A stretch of DNA of 64,000 nt from NCBI RefSeq assembly GCF_009914755.1, contig NC_060940.1. The stretch is one strand, 5' to 3'. The stretch comes from the human T2T-CHM13v2.0 reference genome, Homo sapiens. Numbering within the stretch: the first letter of the stretch is position 1; each line of letters begins with the position of its first letter. Shown one piece after another: positions 46,631 through 61,046 of this stretch. Below the pieces are notes generated by a model, which was given only the letters and a program-made list of their open reading frames with translations, had not been told where the DNA came from and searched no databases. Both the position numbers and the translations under genes were made by a program.

Positions 46631-46946
46631 TTTTTTTCTTTTTTTTTTTTTTTTCTTTTTTTGTAGAGATGGAGTCTCGCTCTGTTGCCCAAGGTGGAGT
46701 GCAGTGGCATGATCTTGGCTCACCGCAACCTCCGCTTCCCAGGTTCAAGCAATTCTCCTGCCTCAGCCTCCTGAGTAGCTGAAACTACAGGCACACACTG
46801 CCATGCCTGGCTAATTTTTTGTATTTTAGTAGAGACAGGGTTTCACTGTGTTGCCCAGGTTGGTCTCGAACTCCTGAGCTCAGGCAATTCACCCTCCTCG
46901 GCCTCCCTAAGTGCTAGGATTATAGGCATGAGCCACCACGCCTGGC
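46631..46946 (-). mobile_element. AluS
   Basis: TSD tcaagtaacttt on both sides. Confidence 0.94.
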
Positions 46947-46971
46947 TCAAGTAACTTTCAAATTTAAGGAC

Positions 46972-47216
46972 TATTCTCATGTCTCTTTTCCAATGTCATT
47001 TTGGCCTCTGGGCTCTGGACCCCTCTATTTTCTCCCAATCAATCTGCTCATTCGTGACTTTCCATTTTTTCCCTATTACAGCCCAGATCTCTTTATCACA
47101 GCAACAGATTTCCTGCCACGCCCACAATTTTCCTGCTCCCATCTTGTCCTCCTGTCACACCCACCTGGCACCACCTTCCACCCAGCTCTGAGTCAATCCA
47201 CCACTTCCTCACCTGT
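46972..47216 (+). repeat. Partner of 42971-43200
   Basis: tattctcatgtctc ... cccacaattttcctgc ... tcacacccacctggca ... ctctgagtcaat ... acctgt. Confidence 0.85.
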
Positions 47217-48607
47217 CAACCACCAAGCCTCATTCACAAATTACAGCAAATATGTGAAAGAACCAGAAACAGTTTTCTGGCTCCTGGATGAGGACTTGCT
47301 TAACTGTATGTATTGCAATATATTCATACATATGCAGGACTTAAAGGACTCCTTGAAGACACTTGTCTCTAAAACTTTGGACCCAGGTCCTTTGATAAAA
47401 GAGAACACTGTCAATAGACTTTTAGAAATCCACTGAAAATGAAAAAAAAAAAAAAAGGTAAAACAACCCTAAAAGTGCCATTTAAAAGTCTAGAAGTCTA
47501 GAGTCTAGATTGCACTTTGTATATGCATAATAGTTCCTGTTTATTAAGATCTTTCTAACTACGTTCCAGGCCTCATGCTAGATACTTGGCATGTATATCA
47601 TTTATGATGCCTCTGAGCTATGAAGTGGCTGGGTGACCATGTTCCAATCAATTCACTTCTCTGGTCCTCATTTTTCTCATCTATAAAATAATATGTACCA
47701 TTTGGGGTTGTAGTGAACATAAAATGTGGTAATGTACATAAAGTGGTTGGCTCAGGACCTGTGATGGAATCACAGTTTAAAAACTATTAGGCACTTTTTT
47801 TTTGGAATGATGCAAGGAAAACTAAGCTCCATTCGCTTCCCACTTAAATTCTCTATCTCCCACAGCATGGCACAATTGCACTTGCTTTGTAGAATTTGAT
47901 TGAAGAAAGTAGCAGAAGTTAGTAGTCAAAGCATGGGCTTCGGAGTCAGACAAATGGGGTTCAGAATACGGTTCAGGTTAGCGGAAATTAACTTGTTCTC
48001 TGTTCCTTAGACTTCTCATTTATAAAATAGGGGCAATAATAGTGCCAATATCATCAGGATTTTGTATGAGTTAAGAGAGATCATGCATCTAAAGTTCTGA
48101 CTCACAAAAAGCATTTAATAAATAGTAGCTTTAATATCCTCACAGGAACCCCAAGGGGTGGGTATTATCATTAGCTCCATTTTGCTGTTGGAAACAAAGA
48201 ATGACAGATTTCCAGAATTAGCGGGAGTCTCACAAATGTTACCCCTGGCCAAACTCAACAGCGTAAATGTTGATCAAACTCGCTCTCTAACCCCAAACAG
48301 CTCAGCTCCTAACCGGTGCCATGCTCAGTGAAACAGGGGAGGAAGTCGCCAGCCCACTTTTCCTGACCATGATGCTGTTCTCTCTTTGTCTACGTAGACT
48401 AGTCACTTCATCTCTTGGCATTGATTTTGTATTTTGGGCTTCTGATCAGACACATCTGTGTTTCTAGCTTTTGTCCCCACTGATTTATAGTATAACTTGA
48501 CAGATGTCCCATCTGTATTTTTTGAATCCTCATCCATTTTCAGTGAGATGACAATGCCTCAATGCAAAGCCTCCATGTCATTTTGGTAATGAAACTCAAA
48601 TCTTCGG

Positions 48608-49365
<758 letters not shown>

Positions 49366-49427
49366 AAAGAAACCCAAATCTTGCTGTATTGATTCAAGTC
49401 ACCAACCTGAATGCCAAAAGTGGAATG

Positions 49428-49590
49428 AGACTGGGTGCAGTGGCTCATGCCTGTAATCCCAGCACTTTGGGAGGCTGAGGCAGGAGAATCCCTTGAGCTC
49501 AGGAGTTTGAGACCAGCCTGAGAAACAAAGTGAGACACCCCCCATCTCTAAAAAACAACAACAACAACAACAACAAACAAACAAACAGAA
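49428..49590 (+). mobile_element. Alu left monomer (FLAM-like) with (AAC)n tail
   Basis: ctgggtgcagtggctcatgcctgtaatccc ... ctctaaaaaacaacaac. Confidence 0.82.
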
Positions 49591-50813
49591 AAGAAACATC
49601 TGTGGAATCTTTCCTGGTCTTAGAGAAAACAAAACAAAAAAGTGGAGTGAAATGTTTACTATTCTTGCAGAAGAAGGCTGAACAAGTCTCGTCTCTAAAT
49701 CTTAGTCTCTTCACCTATTAAAAGCAGGTAAATGTTTCTGCTTTCCCTGTATACAGCATGGATGTCAGGATCTGATACCCAAAACTAATTGTTGCCCTGC
49801 TTTCCTATGTTAGATCTGCCTGTCCTAGTTTCTTCAAACACACTTTAATTGTGGAAAGAAAACATATGCCATCAGCTATAATCTGCTGGACCACATAGAG
49901 GCCAGCACGGTAGGAATCAACAGGAATTAGGATTCTTCCGATTCAAATTGTTTGTTTCAATGTTAAAGTTAAAGACAACGTAAGTGAGAGGCCATTGGTT
50001 TCTATGAGTCATTCTACAACTCCCTTTAAGGGAATACGAGTTGATTCTCTTGTTTTTCCCCAACTTTAGATTTTTTTCTCATGGGCATTTCCAACGGAGT
50101 CTTTCTTCACATCCAGGGAAGTCAAGATGGCTCAGCCTCTACTCTTCCCATCTCAAACAGGCCCACTCAGTCTTTCTAATTTGCAGAATTATAATTTAAA
50201 TGGAAGGAATATAGACTCCAGGAATATGATTTCGATGAGTTTTAAAGCACGTTTTCAAAAGACAATGGCTAGATAACAAACCATACGGTGGAGTAATAAG
50301 GAATAAAGGAACAGTTTACTGCAGGGGTGGGGACTGATTTACAGCTTCAGATGTGCAGAGGAATGCTGATTCGTTTTGCACAAAAATGCAAGAGACTGAT
50401 TAGGAGGCAGATTTGCATACATCTCAGTGGGATGCTCTGAGCCGAGCTCAGAAACAGACATGTGGTTCAGCAGGGAATCTTGTACCTGTAATAGTCCTTC
50501 TTGCCAACGCTGGGGGCACATCCACTGTGCAGGGATGGGGGGACCCCCAACATGAGTTTTTATAATTAAAGCACTGACAGCCTTCACTACTGATATATGA
50601 ACGCCACCCATCTCTACCATAAGGTACTGTAGAAACAAAATGGACTTTGCAGTCTAGCAGACCTGAGCTAGAATCTAGACTTTGCCATATACTTGCTTTG
50701 TAACCTTAGGCAAATCAGCAATCATCTTAGAGCCTCAGTTTCTTCATATGTAACTGGAGGGAGGGGGCAGGAGTGATCATACTCATCTTGAATGTCTGTT
50801 AAAAGAGGATCAA

Positions 50814-51186
50814 GGCTGGGCACGGTAGCTCATGCCTGTAATCCCAGCACTTCAGGAGGCCAAGGCAGGCAGATTGCCTGGGCTCAGGAATTTGAGACCA
50901 GCCTGGGCAATCTAGCAAAACCCTGTCTCTACAAAACATACAAAAAAATTAGGCAGGTGTGGTGGCACACACCTGTAGTCCCAGCTACTTGAGGGGCAGA
51001 GGCTGGATAATTGCTCAAGCCCAGGAGGTCGAGGCCTGCAGTGAGCCACTCCAGGGAGTGCAGCGGCATGAACATGGCTCGCTGTGGCCTTGACCTACTG
51101 GGCTCAAGCAATTATCTGGCCTCAGTCCCCACAAGTAGCTGGGACTACAGGTGGCTCCTCACTGCAGCCTCTCGTCTCTTAAAAAA
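50814..51186 (+). mobile_element. AluJ-like element containing an inverted copy of its own right arm
   Basis: Sense Alu to ~51054, antisense Alu 51055-51152, then tctcttaaaaaa. Confidence 0.88.
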
Positions 51187-51975
51187 GGGTGTGTGGGGGA
51201 ATCAAAGTGGTGAATCTATAGCCCCTAGGCCATAATCATCATCATATTTTTTTTATAACATATGGGTAATTATCTCAAGGTACAAGTTCTTCAGAGTCTA
51301 GAAAGCACATTAAATCCTCCACAGCTTAGAGACCAATGCTGAGAATATGCAACCTCTTTTTATCTCTATTTCTCCCCCTGTTCCAAACCAGGTTCCAATG
51401 CCAAGAAAAACAGGGTAGTGGAATGGGAAGCTTCTGCTGCCAATGGCACAGATGAGGAAACCAAACTGTAGCTACAGAGGCAGGCTGACAGAGCCACTTG
51501 TAGCCAGAAGCAGATTGCTGGGGGGAGCAGCTCTCTGTTCTGTCCATTTTCTTAGGGACAGATGTTATTCCTGTCTGTTCCATCAGCAGGCAAATGGGGA
51601 AATAATAGAACAGAGACAATGGAAAGAAAGTGAGAAGCAGGCCCAGACAGCAGCCACTGAGCTCCAGTAATTGTGGGTGGGGTAGGGGAGAAATCTAGCT
51701 GCTGCTATCAGATGCAATGTGAAATAAAGAAAAATAATGTTTGTGGTTCAGTTACTAGAATGGATAAGATGACTGTCACCCTTTGGATAGCTCTTCTTTA
51801 TCCTTTAGGACTTGGTCCTAACTTAGGTCTTTCAGGAAGTTTTTTCACCTCCCCAGTGCCCAGGCTGGAGTAGGTGTCCCAGTGTGCCATGTGCACCTCT
51901 CCTGTTTATGCTCATTTCACAATGCTGTAACTAGCAGTGCATTTCCCTGTCCCTCCCACTACATTATAAGTTCCC

Positions 51976-52617
51976 TGTTGGTAGAAGAGCTGAGGCAGGA
52001 CTAGCTTCTCTGTCATAATGTAAAAGAGTCTTGGAACGTGTCCTGGGCCCAGGCTCTAAACCCCCTCATGGCCTTTGGAACACCAAGCTCTGTGCCAAAG
52101 GGTGGAAGGCTGCCCTGCCACACCACAATCTAAGCCCAGGGCATAAAACCCCTCGTGGCTTGGATACAATCCAAGGCTCAGGGCATAAAATCCCTTGTGG
52201 AATTGCACTGGAATGGCCTCTGGAATGTGCACAGACTTGCTGGCTCCTTGCTTCTTACTCTCCCAGGCTTGTAAATATGTTCTCCATTATCTCAGGTAGC
52301 AGAGCATATTACATATGTGTCAAAGAAAATGCTAAACCATCACAGCTATGCTTGATGCACTGCTACCTTTCTACCCCTACGTCCTCATGTCCTCACCTGT
52401 TTACCCCCACATCCGCACGTCCTCACCACCTGCTTCTTTGTTTGATCACCAATAAATAGTGTGGGCTTCCGGAGCTCAGGGCCTTTGCAGCCTCCATACA
52501 CTAGCGTTGGCCTCCTGGACCCACCTTATATACTCTTAACCTGTCTTTTCCCATTCCTTTGACTCTGCCGGATTTTGTAGCCCCCACAGCCTGGTGTTGG
52601 GTCTGATCACCCCAACA
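51976..52617 (+). mobile_element. Complete solo LTR, LTR18B-like (ERVL class)
   Basis: TGTTGG...CCAACA termini, exact 5-bp TSD TTCCC, AATAAA at 52451, end ggtgttgggtctgatcaccccaaca as recalled for LTR18. Confidence 0.85.
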
Positions 52618-53587
52618 TTCCCTAAAATCCCGGGGATATTTTATTAGTCATCTCTGCTTCGCCTGTACCTACTACAGGCCTGGCACTGAGTCAGTAATCA
52701 GTGAATGCTTGGTAAACAGATCAATAGTGGGTAAGTGGGTGGGTTCAAGAGTGAATGGATGCCCATATGGCTGGATGAATTACGGTTGGTCTGATGGGCT
52801 GATGAATGGATGGATGGTTTATTAGATGATTAATCTTTGGATGACTAGCTGGGTGCATGGGTGGATAAATGGATGGGAAAATGGTTCAATCCCATCAGAG
52901 ACAGTCATAGTGTATAGTTACTTTGTCCTAAAGAATACGAGTTAAGTCCACACAAAAGCCTAGGTATTGTCATACCCCCAACTTCCACTCAACTTCCAAG
53001 GCAGATACCATCCCTGTGAATCTCCACAACCTATATGAAAATTTCCATCATTCATCCTAGGAACTGTGCAAAGTACTGGAACAAGCACTAAACTTGGAGA
53101 CTCACAAGACCTAAATTTGAATCCTTTCTCAGCTATTAATTTTTTAAAAATCATAGAACATCTCTAAGTTTGCATGACTCAAATATGAAATCAGAGACTC
53201 ACTTCACAGGGTTATTATGCGGCTAAAGTGAAATAATAAGTACAGAAGGCCATACTGTAAGGTTTGGTATAGAATAGGTGCTCAACAAATGCTTACTATT
53301 TATTTACGTCATATTCAGACAACTACTACAGTCAATCTCCTTCCTCTACTTGCTTTCAAACTTATTTTAGAAATATTTTATTTTTCCCCAAATGGAAGCT
53401 CACTTTGAACCTCAACATAACATACCAATCAGATGAAGCTTTGCCATCTCCAGTTGAAGGTGGGTCTTACCTCATAAGCCCCCTACCCACCCAGAGACCC
53501 TGGTGGCACTCTAAGTTCTGAAAGGAATCAGCATTCAAGGGAATATAATTAGAAAAGAAAATTTGCCTTAAAGTCCACTGTTACTTT

Positions 53588-53920
53588 GTTCTCTCTCTCT
53601 CGTCTCCTCTTCCCCCTTCTCTCTCCCCCTTCCTCTCCCCAGTTCCGTCTTCCTCTCTCCCTCTCCCCCCTCTCTCTCCCCTTCTTCCCCTCTCTCTTCC
53701 CCCTCTTCAGGCCCTCTCTATCTCTTCCACTCCCTCTCCCACCTCTCTGCCTCTCCCTCTCTTCTCCCTCTCTCCTCTTTTCTCCCCCTCCCGCTCTCAC
53801 TCTCCCCCTTACTCTTTCCCTCTCCCCCCATCCCCCCTCCCTGTCCTGCTATCCCTCCCTAGCCCTCTCCCTGCCTCCCTCTCCCCCAACTCTCTCTCTC
53901 CTGCTTTCCCCGCTTCCTCA
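53588..53920. repeat. CT-rich polypyrimidine tract
   Basis: Direct reading. Confidence 0.92.
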
Positions 53921-54821
53921 GGGCTTTGCGTTTCTCTACAACACAGATGAGCAGATGACCCTGTCAGAAAACCAAAATGGTTTTCATTGGTCTATTCAGG
54001 AGTTTCTAGAAATACTTCTGACTGAGAGGCTCTTTGAATAATTTACTCATCTGAGATCATTTAAATAATCTATTTGCTCATTTTCATAATTGATGGCAAT
54101 GGAAAACTAGCAAGGGTGCAGCTTTTGTCTTACATTTATACCACCTGTCAGCTTAATCATGCTCCCATCACCCTCAGAGAGATCCTTAACAATTTGGGTT
54201 TGCGACTGGGATGGAGAAGAATGTTCCATATGACCGAATGTTTGACTCTGGCTCTATTAAAATACTGCTTGGGCTCAAGTCCTGCCTTTACCACTGTATG
54301 GCCTTGGACAAGTCATTCAACCCATGTTGCTTCCAATTTCTCTCCTATAACATGAGGATAGAAATAATTATACTTAGAACTGGCATCTATGTGTCAGTGT
54401 TCTAAGCACCTGATATATCACCTTGTTTAATTATCCTAACAACCTAGGAGGTCAGTACTATTATGGCCTCCCTTTTAGATATGAGAAAATGCAGAGAATG
54501 TTGGGAGACTGAAACAAGATTATCCATTGAAAACACTCTGCATGGTGTCTGACACACAGTGGGAACTCAACTAATGGTAGCTGCTGCCCTCATGATCATC
54601 CCATCCATCAAGAACATCACCGTCATCACCATCATCATCAATCATCTTTATCATTAGTATCCCTATCAACGTATGTTCCCATAGAGATGTCTTTTCTATG
54701 AACTGCATTTTTTTTTGTTTTAAGTTCTGAAATCTGAAAAACTTTCAGCAGAATGTTGCTCTGCAGGAGAGCGCCTGTTCAACTGCTGTTCTTTTTGGAG
54801 TTGGGTTGATGTTACAACTGC

Positions 54822-54865
54822 AACAACAACAACAACAACAGCAACAACAAAAGAACCAGTGCAAG

Positions 54866-54896
<31 letters not shown>

Positions 54897-54912
54897 CAGT
54901 TGCACACACACA
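54822..54912. repeat. (CAA)n and (CA)n microsatellites
   Basis: Direct reading. Confidence 0.9.
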
Positions 54913-55988
54913 TGCTTTGGGAGATGGCATCACTTATTTCAGTTGAATGTGTTAATTTGCTAGAGATCTACTATATTTTCCTCACTGTGACCTAACATAT
55001 TGTACTGTGTGAGTATTTAAAATAGTCACTATGCGTGACTCTAGGGAAGTCAGATGATTATTTTATTTTATTTATATTCACCTTTGCTAAATCCTGATGC
55101 ACAGATGATAATTTTAAATGTTTTATAATGGCTCAATTTTCCCTCTCTATGGCTCACATCATTTGAGAAACTTAACGATCATTATATAAGGAAACAAATT
55201 AAATTCCACACAGACTCTGCTAAGGTTGATATTACCAAACCCATTTTATAAAAAGGAACTTGACTTTAAATATGGATTTGGGAGAAGAAAGAAAAGAAGA
55301 GAAGAAAGGAAGGAGGATGACAGGGAAGGATGAGAGATGAACAATGTCATTTACAGGCATGGCAAAGCTCTTCCAGAAATACCTAATCTGAAAATACCTA
55401 ATTAGAGACTTACACCTAAAAAAAAATTTTTTTAATCTATCTAATTCCCCTCTGTCATGCATCTGCCAGAGAATCAGTGCAGCCAATGCCATGGCTTTCA
55501 GTTCTGTTTCTGAAATTTCTCTCAGATTCCGCGGCCACTATTCCTCCCCATACCTCTCTTCCCTCTAACCCAAGCCACGTAAATAGGCCCTTAAAAAATT
55601 TCCCAGATTCTTGACAATCACCATTTTCCTTTTAAAGAAGCAGTGTAGCTCATGTCTAAGAGTGCAGACAATTGGGTTCCAAATCCTGGCTTTGAAATTT
55701 ACTAGCTCTGTGACTCTGAGCAAGTTATTGAATTTCTCTGAGCCTCATTCCCTCCATTTGCAAAAGAGGGTAATAGTTGTATCTGTATTACAGTCCTGAT
55801 ATGAGGATTAAATGTATGCTTAAAACCTAATAAATGTTAAACAAATGTGAGTGATGATTATTTTTTATGTTGTTCTCTCATCTCAAGCTCTTCAATAGTG
55901 CCCTGAAGATTACTGAATTAAGTGCCATAACCTATCATTTAAATTCTAGCATAGTCCTTTACCCCCATAAAGTTTCCTTCAAAAGATT

Positions 55989-56664
55989 TGTACTAGTCTG
56001 TTGTTGTGTAGCAAATTACCTCAAACTTACCCATTTGAAACAACACCTGTTTATGATCTCACAGTTCTGCAGGTCAGAAGTCCCAGCGGGCTCAGCTGGG
56101 TTTTTGCTCAGGGTGTCACAAGGCCAAAATCATGGCACTACCCAGGCTGGGCTCATATCTGGAGGATCTTGGAAGAATCCACTTCCAAGCTCACTCAGAT
56201 TGTTGGGCAAGCTCACCTCCTTGGGGTTATATGTCTGAGGTCAGCTAGGGACTGACAGTGCCTAGAGGCCCCTGCATTCCTTATCATGGAGCCCCCTCGA
56301 TCCTCAAATGTAGAAGTCAGACTAAGCATTCTCACACTCCAAATTTCTTTCTGCAACTATTAGGCTTGTGTGAAACTAATTGCAGTTTTCGCTGTTTTTT
56401 TTAAATGGCAAAACCCACGATTACTTTTGCCCCAACCTAATAGCTGCACAAAACTTTCTACTTTTAAAGGGGTCATGTGATTGGGTGAGGCTCGCCCCAA
56501 TAATCTCCTTGTTGAGTAATTCAAAGTCAACTGAGAAGTCCTTTCTGCCATGTGGCCTAATAAAACCAAGGAGTGACAGCTCATCATGTCACATACTCCC
56601 AGGGGAGAGGCTTAGAAAAGGCCAAGTGTCACTGGAGACCATTCTAAGAATTCTGCATACCACA
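55989..56664 (-). mobile_element. MLT1E-like MaLR LTR interrupted by MADE1
   Basis: tgtgtagcaaattacctcaaactta...tttatgatctcacagttctgcaggtcagaagtcc...aagaatccacttccaagctcactcag...ttttaaaggggtcatgtgatt...agaattctgcataccaca. Confidence 0.75.
56360..56440. mobile_element. MADE1 (Hsmar1-derived ~80-bp MITE)
   Basis: TA|ttaggcttgtgtgaaactaattgcagtttt...aatggcaaaacccacgattacttttgccccaacctaa|TA; mariner TA TSD. Confidence 0.9.
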
Positions 56665-57429
56665 CAGCTATGTTCCAATCACATTGAACTCTTCTCCAGA
56701 TGGGCCTTGGGCACTCTTGCCTCTGAACCTGACTTTTTCCCACTGCATGGAATGGCCTCCTCACACATATTCAGAAATCCAAATCTTGCTTATTCTCGTG
56801 AGACCTTGTTCAAACGAGAAATCCTCCATACAAACGCCCTTGATTCTTCTGCCTCCCTATAACATCTCTCTTCTCTAAACACCTGGAGTTGCCAAAACAT
56901 CTTTATGGCACCTCACATGCTCTCCTGCAGTTACGAGCATCTCTTAGTGCCCCGTTAGACTCTAAGTCTCTTGAAAACCAGATGTCTTATCTGCCTTGCA
57001 ACCCTCAGATATGACTTGCACATAGTGAGTGCTCAGGAAATTTTCTTTGACAAATAAGTGTGTGAATAAATATGGATTACATAATACCCTAAGTTCTATT
57101 ATCTCTGTTGATGGGACAAATTTTTAACAAAAAAATCATTTAATAACAATATCTATTGAGAAAAATCTAGGTAACAGGCACTGAACTACATCTATAAACA
57201 GCGTTTTATTTGCCTTGTTATTCTCTCATTTGCCAGAAGTTATTCAAGATGCAACAAGATTCCAATTTCCTTCTTTCCTTTTCCTCTGTAGTTTCTCCTA
57301 AGCATTGCTACTGAGCAGTATATTCCAAAGGAAGAAAGAAGCACAAAAGCTAAGAAGCAAGAATCTTGATAACAGGATGACCTAAATAAAACCATTTCAG
57401 GGTTACACAGAGTAAGTCTATGCCCTAAA

Positions 57430-57605
57430 GCAGTAGCTTTACATCTTTAATGGGCATGAGAATCACTAGGGAGGCTTATAAAACATGCAGATTCAGAATC
57501 AGAAATGCTGATTCCATAGACTTGAGGCAGGGCTAAGGCCTTTACATCTTTCCCAAGGTGATTCTAATCTAGGTAGCCCAAGGAACTACACGTATAAAAA
57601 GCCCA
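57430..57605. mobile_element. MER5-like hAT MITE
   Basis: gcatgagaatcactagggaggcttataaaacatgcagatt ... ccaaggtgattctaat. Confidence 0.6.
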
Positions 57606-58051
57606 TACTAAAAGATGCTCCTCATTTGGGGAAGTTAATGGGGAAAAGAGTCTTTCCATTCATTCTCCAAATCCTTATTGAGCCTCTGCTATTGAATACC
57701 AGAGATATAATGGTAAAGGAGAGACTGAAAACACACCATGAGCTCTCAGTGCTAGCCGTGGCCAGAATTCATGGCTTTACCAATGGGCTGCTATTGTCTT
57801 TCTAAGCAAAGAGAGTTGTAATATGTTTCTCCCTGCCGGTAGAATGTGTCACAATGTTCTTCAATTTTAGCAATCCACATAATCGTTCTATCAATTGTCA
57901 TTTACTGGTGTCCTCACAATTGCAATTTTTCTCCATGATTTCTTTTACACAATCTTCACTGGGATGTGTGCGGAGAAGCCAAGAACAATGTTTGCATAAA
58001 TACTTCCATCCTCTGGCTGGATGAACTTTTTTGAAGACTACTGATATCTCA

Positions 58052-58092
58052 TACACACACACAACACACACACACACACACAAACACACACA
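58052..58092. repeat. Interrupted (CA)n
   Basis: Direct reading. Confidence 0.85.
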
Positions 58093-58515
58093 GAAGCAAA
58101 CTGACACTAACAACCTGCATGTTTTCTTGAGATCTTGAAACTCACTGGGCCCTGCTAGGCTAAATGTGGTAGTAGTGATGGGAAAGAGATGGCAAGGAGA
58201 GGGAGCTAAAATACAATAATTTAGATAGGAGGGAGCTATAGCATTCTATAATTACAAATCACATCATGTAATAATTGCACCCCACGCATCACTATGCCTC
58301 ACTAGACCTGATAGCACAATGATACACCACAGTCAGAACCACAGACTCAAGAGAGCAATCATAGCTTTTGTAAGATCTCCTTTATCATATCTGTACTAGG
58401 AATCCTATAACTGGAATCTACTTTATTTCACACAAGACATAACATATGGGGTGCATCCCCTCCCTTAATGAGACAAATTGGAAGATGAAACTACTGTAGA
58501 CCAAAAAATAGAAGG

Positions 58516-58803
58516 GGCCGGGTGCGGTGCCTCATGCCTGTAATTCCAGCACTCTGGGAGGTCAAGATGGGAGGACTGTTTGAGGTTAGGAGATTGAGAC
58601 CAGCCTGGGCAGCATATCGAGAACTTGTGTCTGCAAAAGAAATAAAAATTAGCCAGGCAAGGTGGTGTGCACTTGTGTCCCCAGCTACTTGGGAGGTTGA
58701 GGCAGGAAGACCCCTTAAGCCCAGGAATTTGAGGCTGTAGTGGGATATGATTGTGCCTGCACTCCAGCCTGGTAACAGAGTGAGACCATGTCTCTAAAAA
58801 AAA
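58516..58803 (+). mobile_element. AluJ
   Basis: ggccgggtgcggtgcctcatgcctgtaattcc ... gcccaggaatttgaggctgtagtg. Confidence 0.92.
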
Positions 58804-60213
58804 GTTAAAAATTACAAGGTCTGGGAGATGCAATAAATGCCTATACCCTGAGTTCTAATTAGCTGGTTTCAGGTAGAATCAATTGCATCCAGTGAGAGGA
58901 AAGGAAGCAGACACCTTTCTAAGGGTAGGAGGAGGAACTCCCTAAATTTCTCCTCTAGAATACCTCCTTCCCGCTGCCAGTTGTTCCACATGATGTAGTG
59001 GTGGTGAACACAGCCTTCGGGGGCAGGCGGACCTCCACTTACATCCTTCTTCCATCACACACCAGCTGGGAGATCTTAAGCTGGTCACTAACCAGAGAGA
59101 AACTCTGGTTCTCTGAACCAGAACTTCCATCTCTGAAGCAGGGAGAAGAATACCTACTTTAGAAGTGCTATTAAACAAATACCTACTCAGATGACTAAAT
59201 GAGATAATGAATGTAAAATTGTCATCATAGTTATTGGTACAGAGTAGCTCTTAATAAATGGCAGCTGAAGTCGTCGATACCAACAGATCATAGAGGGGTC
59301 CATTTGTGCACTAGGCCCAAACCCTTGTGGTGAAGCTGAAAAAACACAGATGAAAGGAACAGACCTTCCCCTCTTGGGGATTCTAGTCTAAGCGAAGATG
59401 AATAGGCAAGCAAACAATGCCAAAGCAAGCTGTTAACACTCTTACGAATTAGTATACAGGTCTGCAGGAATGAAGTGGAAAAGGGCAGACCCACTTTGAG
59501 CTACCCAGATATAGAATCAATGGAAAGGGTGTCCTTAGCAAAGAGGACAAATGTTTGAAGGGGCAGGAACATCAGGAGCAGGTGACAGCTGAATACTAGG
59601 GCTTGGGGGACACTCCGGGGATAAGAAGAAAGCTTTCTGTGTTGGGGTACGGGCGAATAAACATATCCGTGGGAGGAAGATGATGAGTTTGACTTTGGAC
59701 AAGGTGATATTGGGTGTCTGTGGGTCAGCCACGTGTGGTGCTGTAGGCAAGTCTGGAGGCCGTGAGACAGATCTGGGCTGGAGGGAGAGATCTGGTTGTA
59801 TTTCTGTGCAAAATGCACCTGAAACCAAATGTAAACAGAGTGGTGAAAACAAAAAGAAAAACAGACCCATCAGAGCGAGAATGGGACATTTCCTTCAGGA
59901 AGACACAAGGAAGGGTCTCCCTAATGTCTTCTGGAACATCGGTATCATCTTTAATTGGATCTTCTCTGGGGAATAAAAGGCTTGTTTTACTTTAATATTT
60001 ATGTGTTTTGTCCTATTTACATTTAAAGTCAAAACTTCAAAAATCTTTATTTATCTCTCTCTTTCTCAATATATATCCCTTTTAAAGTTTGTCTAGGATA
60101 CACTAATTAGTTCAGTTTAGCTTTTCCACAGTGTACAAATATATCAAAACGTCATGTGCACTAAAAATATCTACAATTTTTATTTGTTAACTTAAACAAA
60201 TTTTTAAAAGCTA

Positions 60214-60603
<390 letters not shown>

Positions 60604-60734
60604 CTAAAATGGTAACCAGAATTATTCTCAAAGCATTTTTTTTCAGGTAGAATAAGTAGTTCAGCCTAGAGCAATCCAATTTATTACTCAAGGCTCAACT
60701 CCAATACCTCTAGCTTTACAAAGAATTTCTCTAA

Positions 60735-61046
<312 letters not shown>

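Noticed and set aside
52031-52459. 142-aa ORF as a retroviral gene
   Set aside because: Lies wholly within a solo LTR; no gag/pol/env motifs and no internal ERV sequence.
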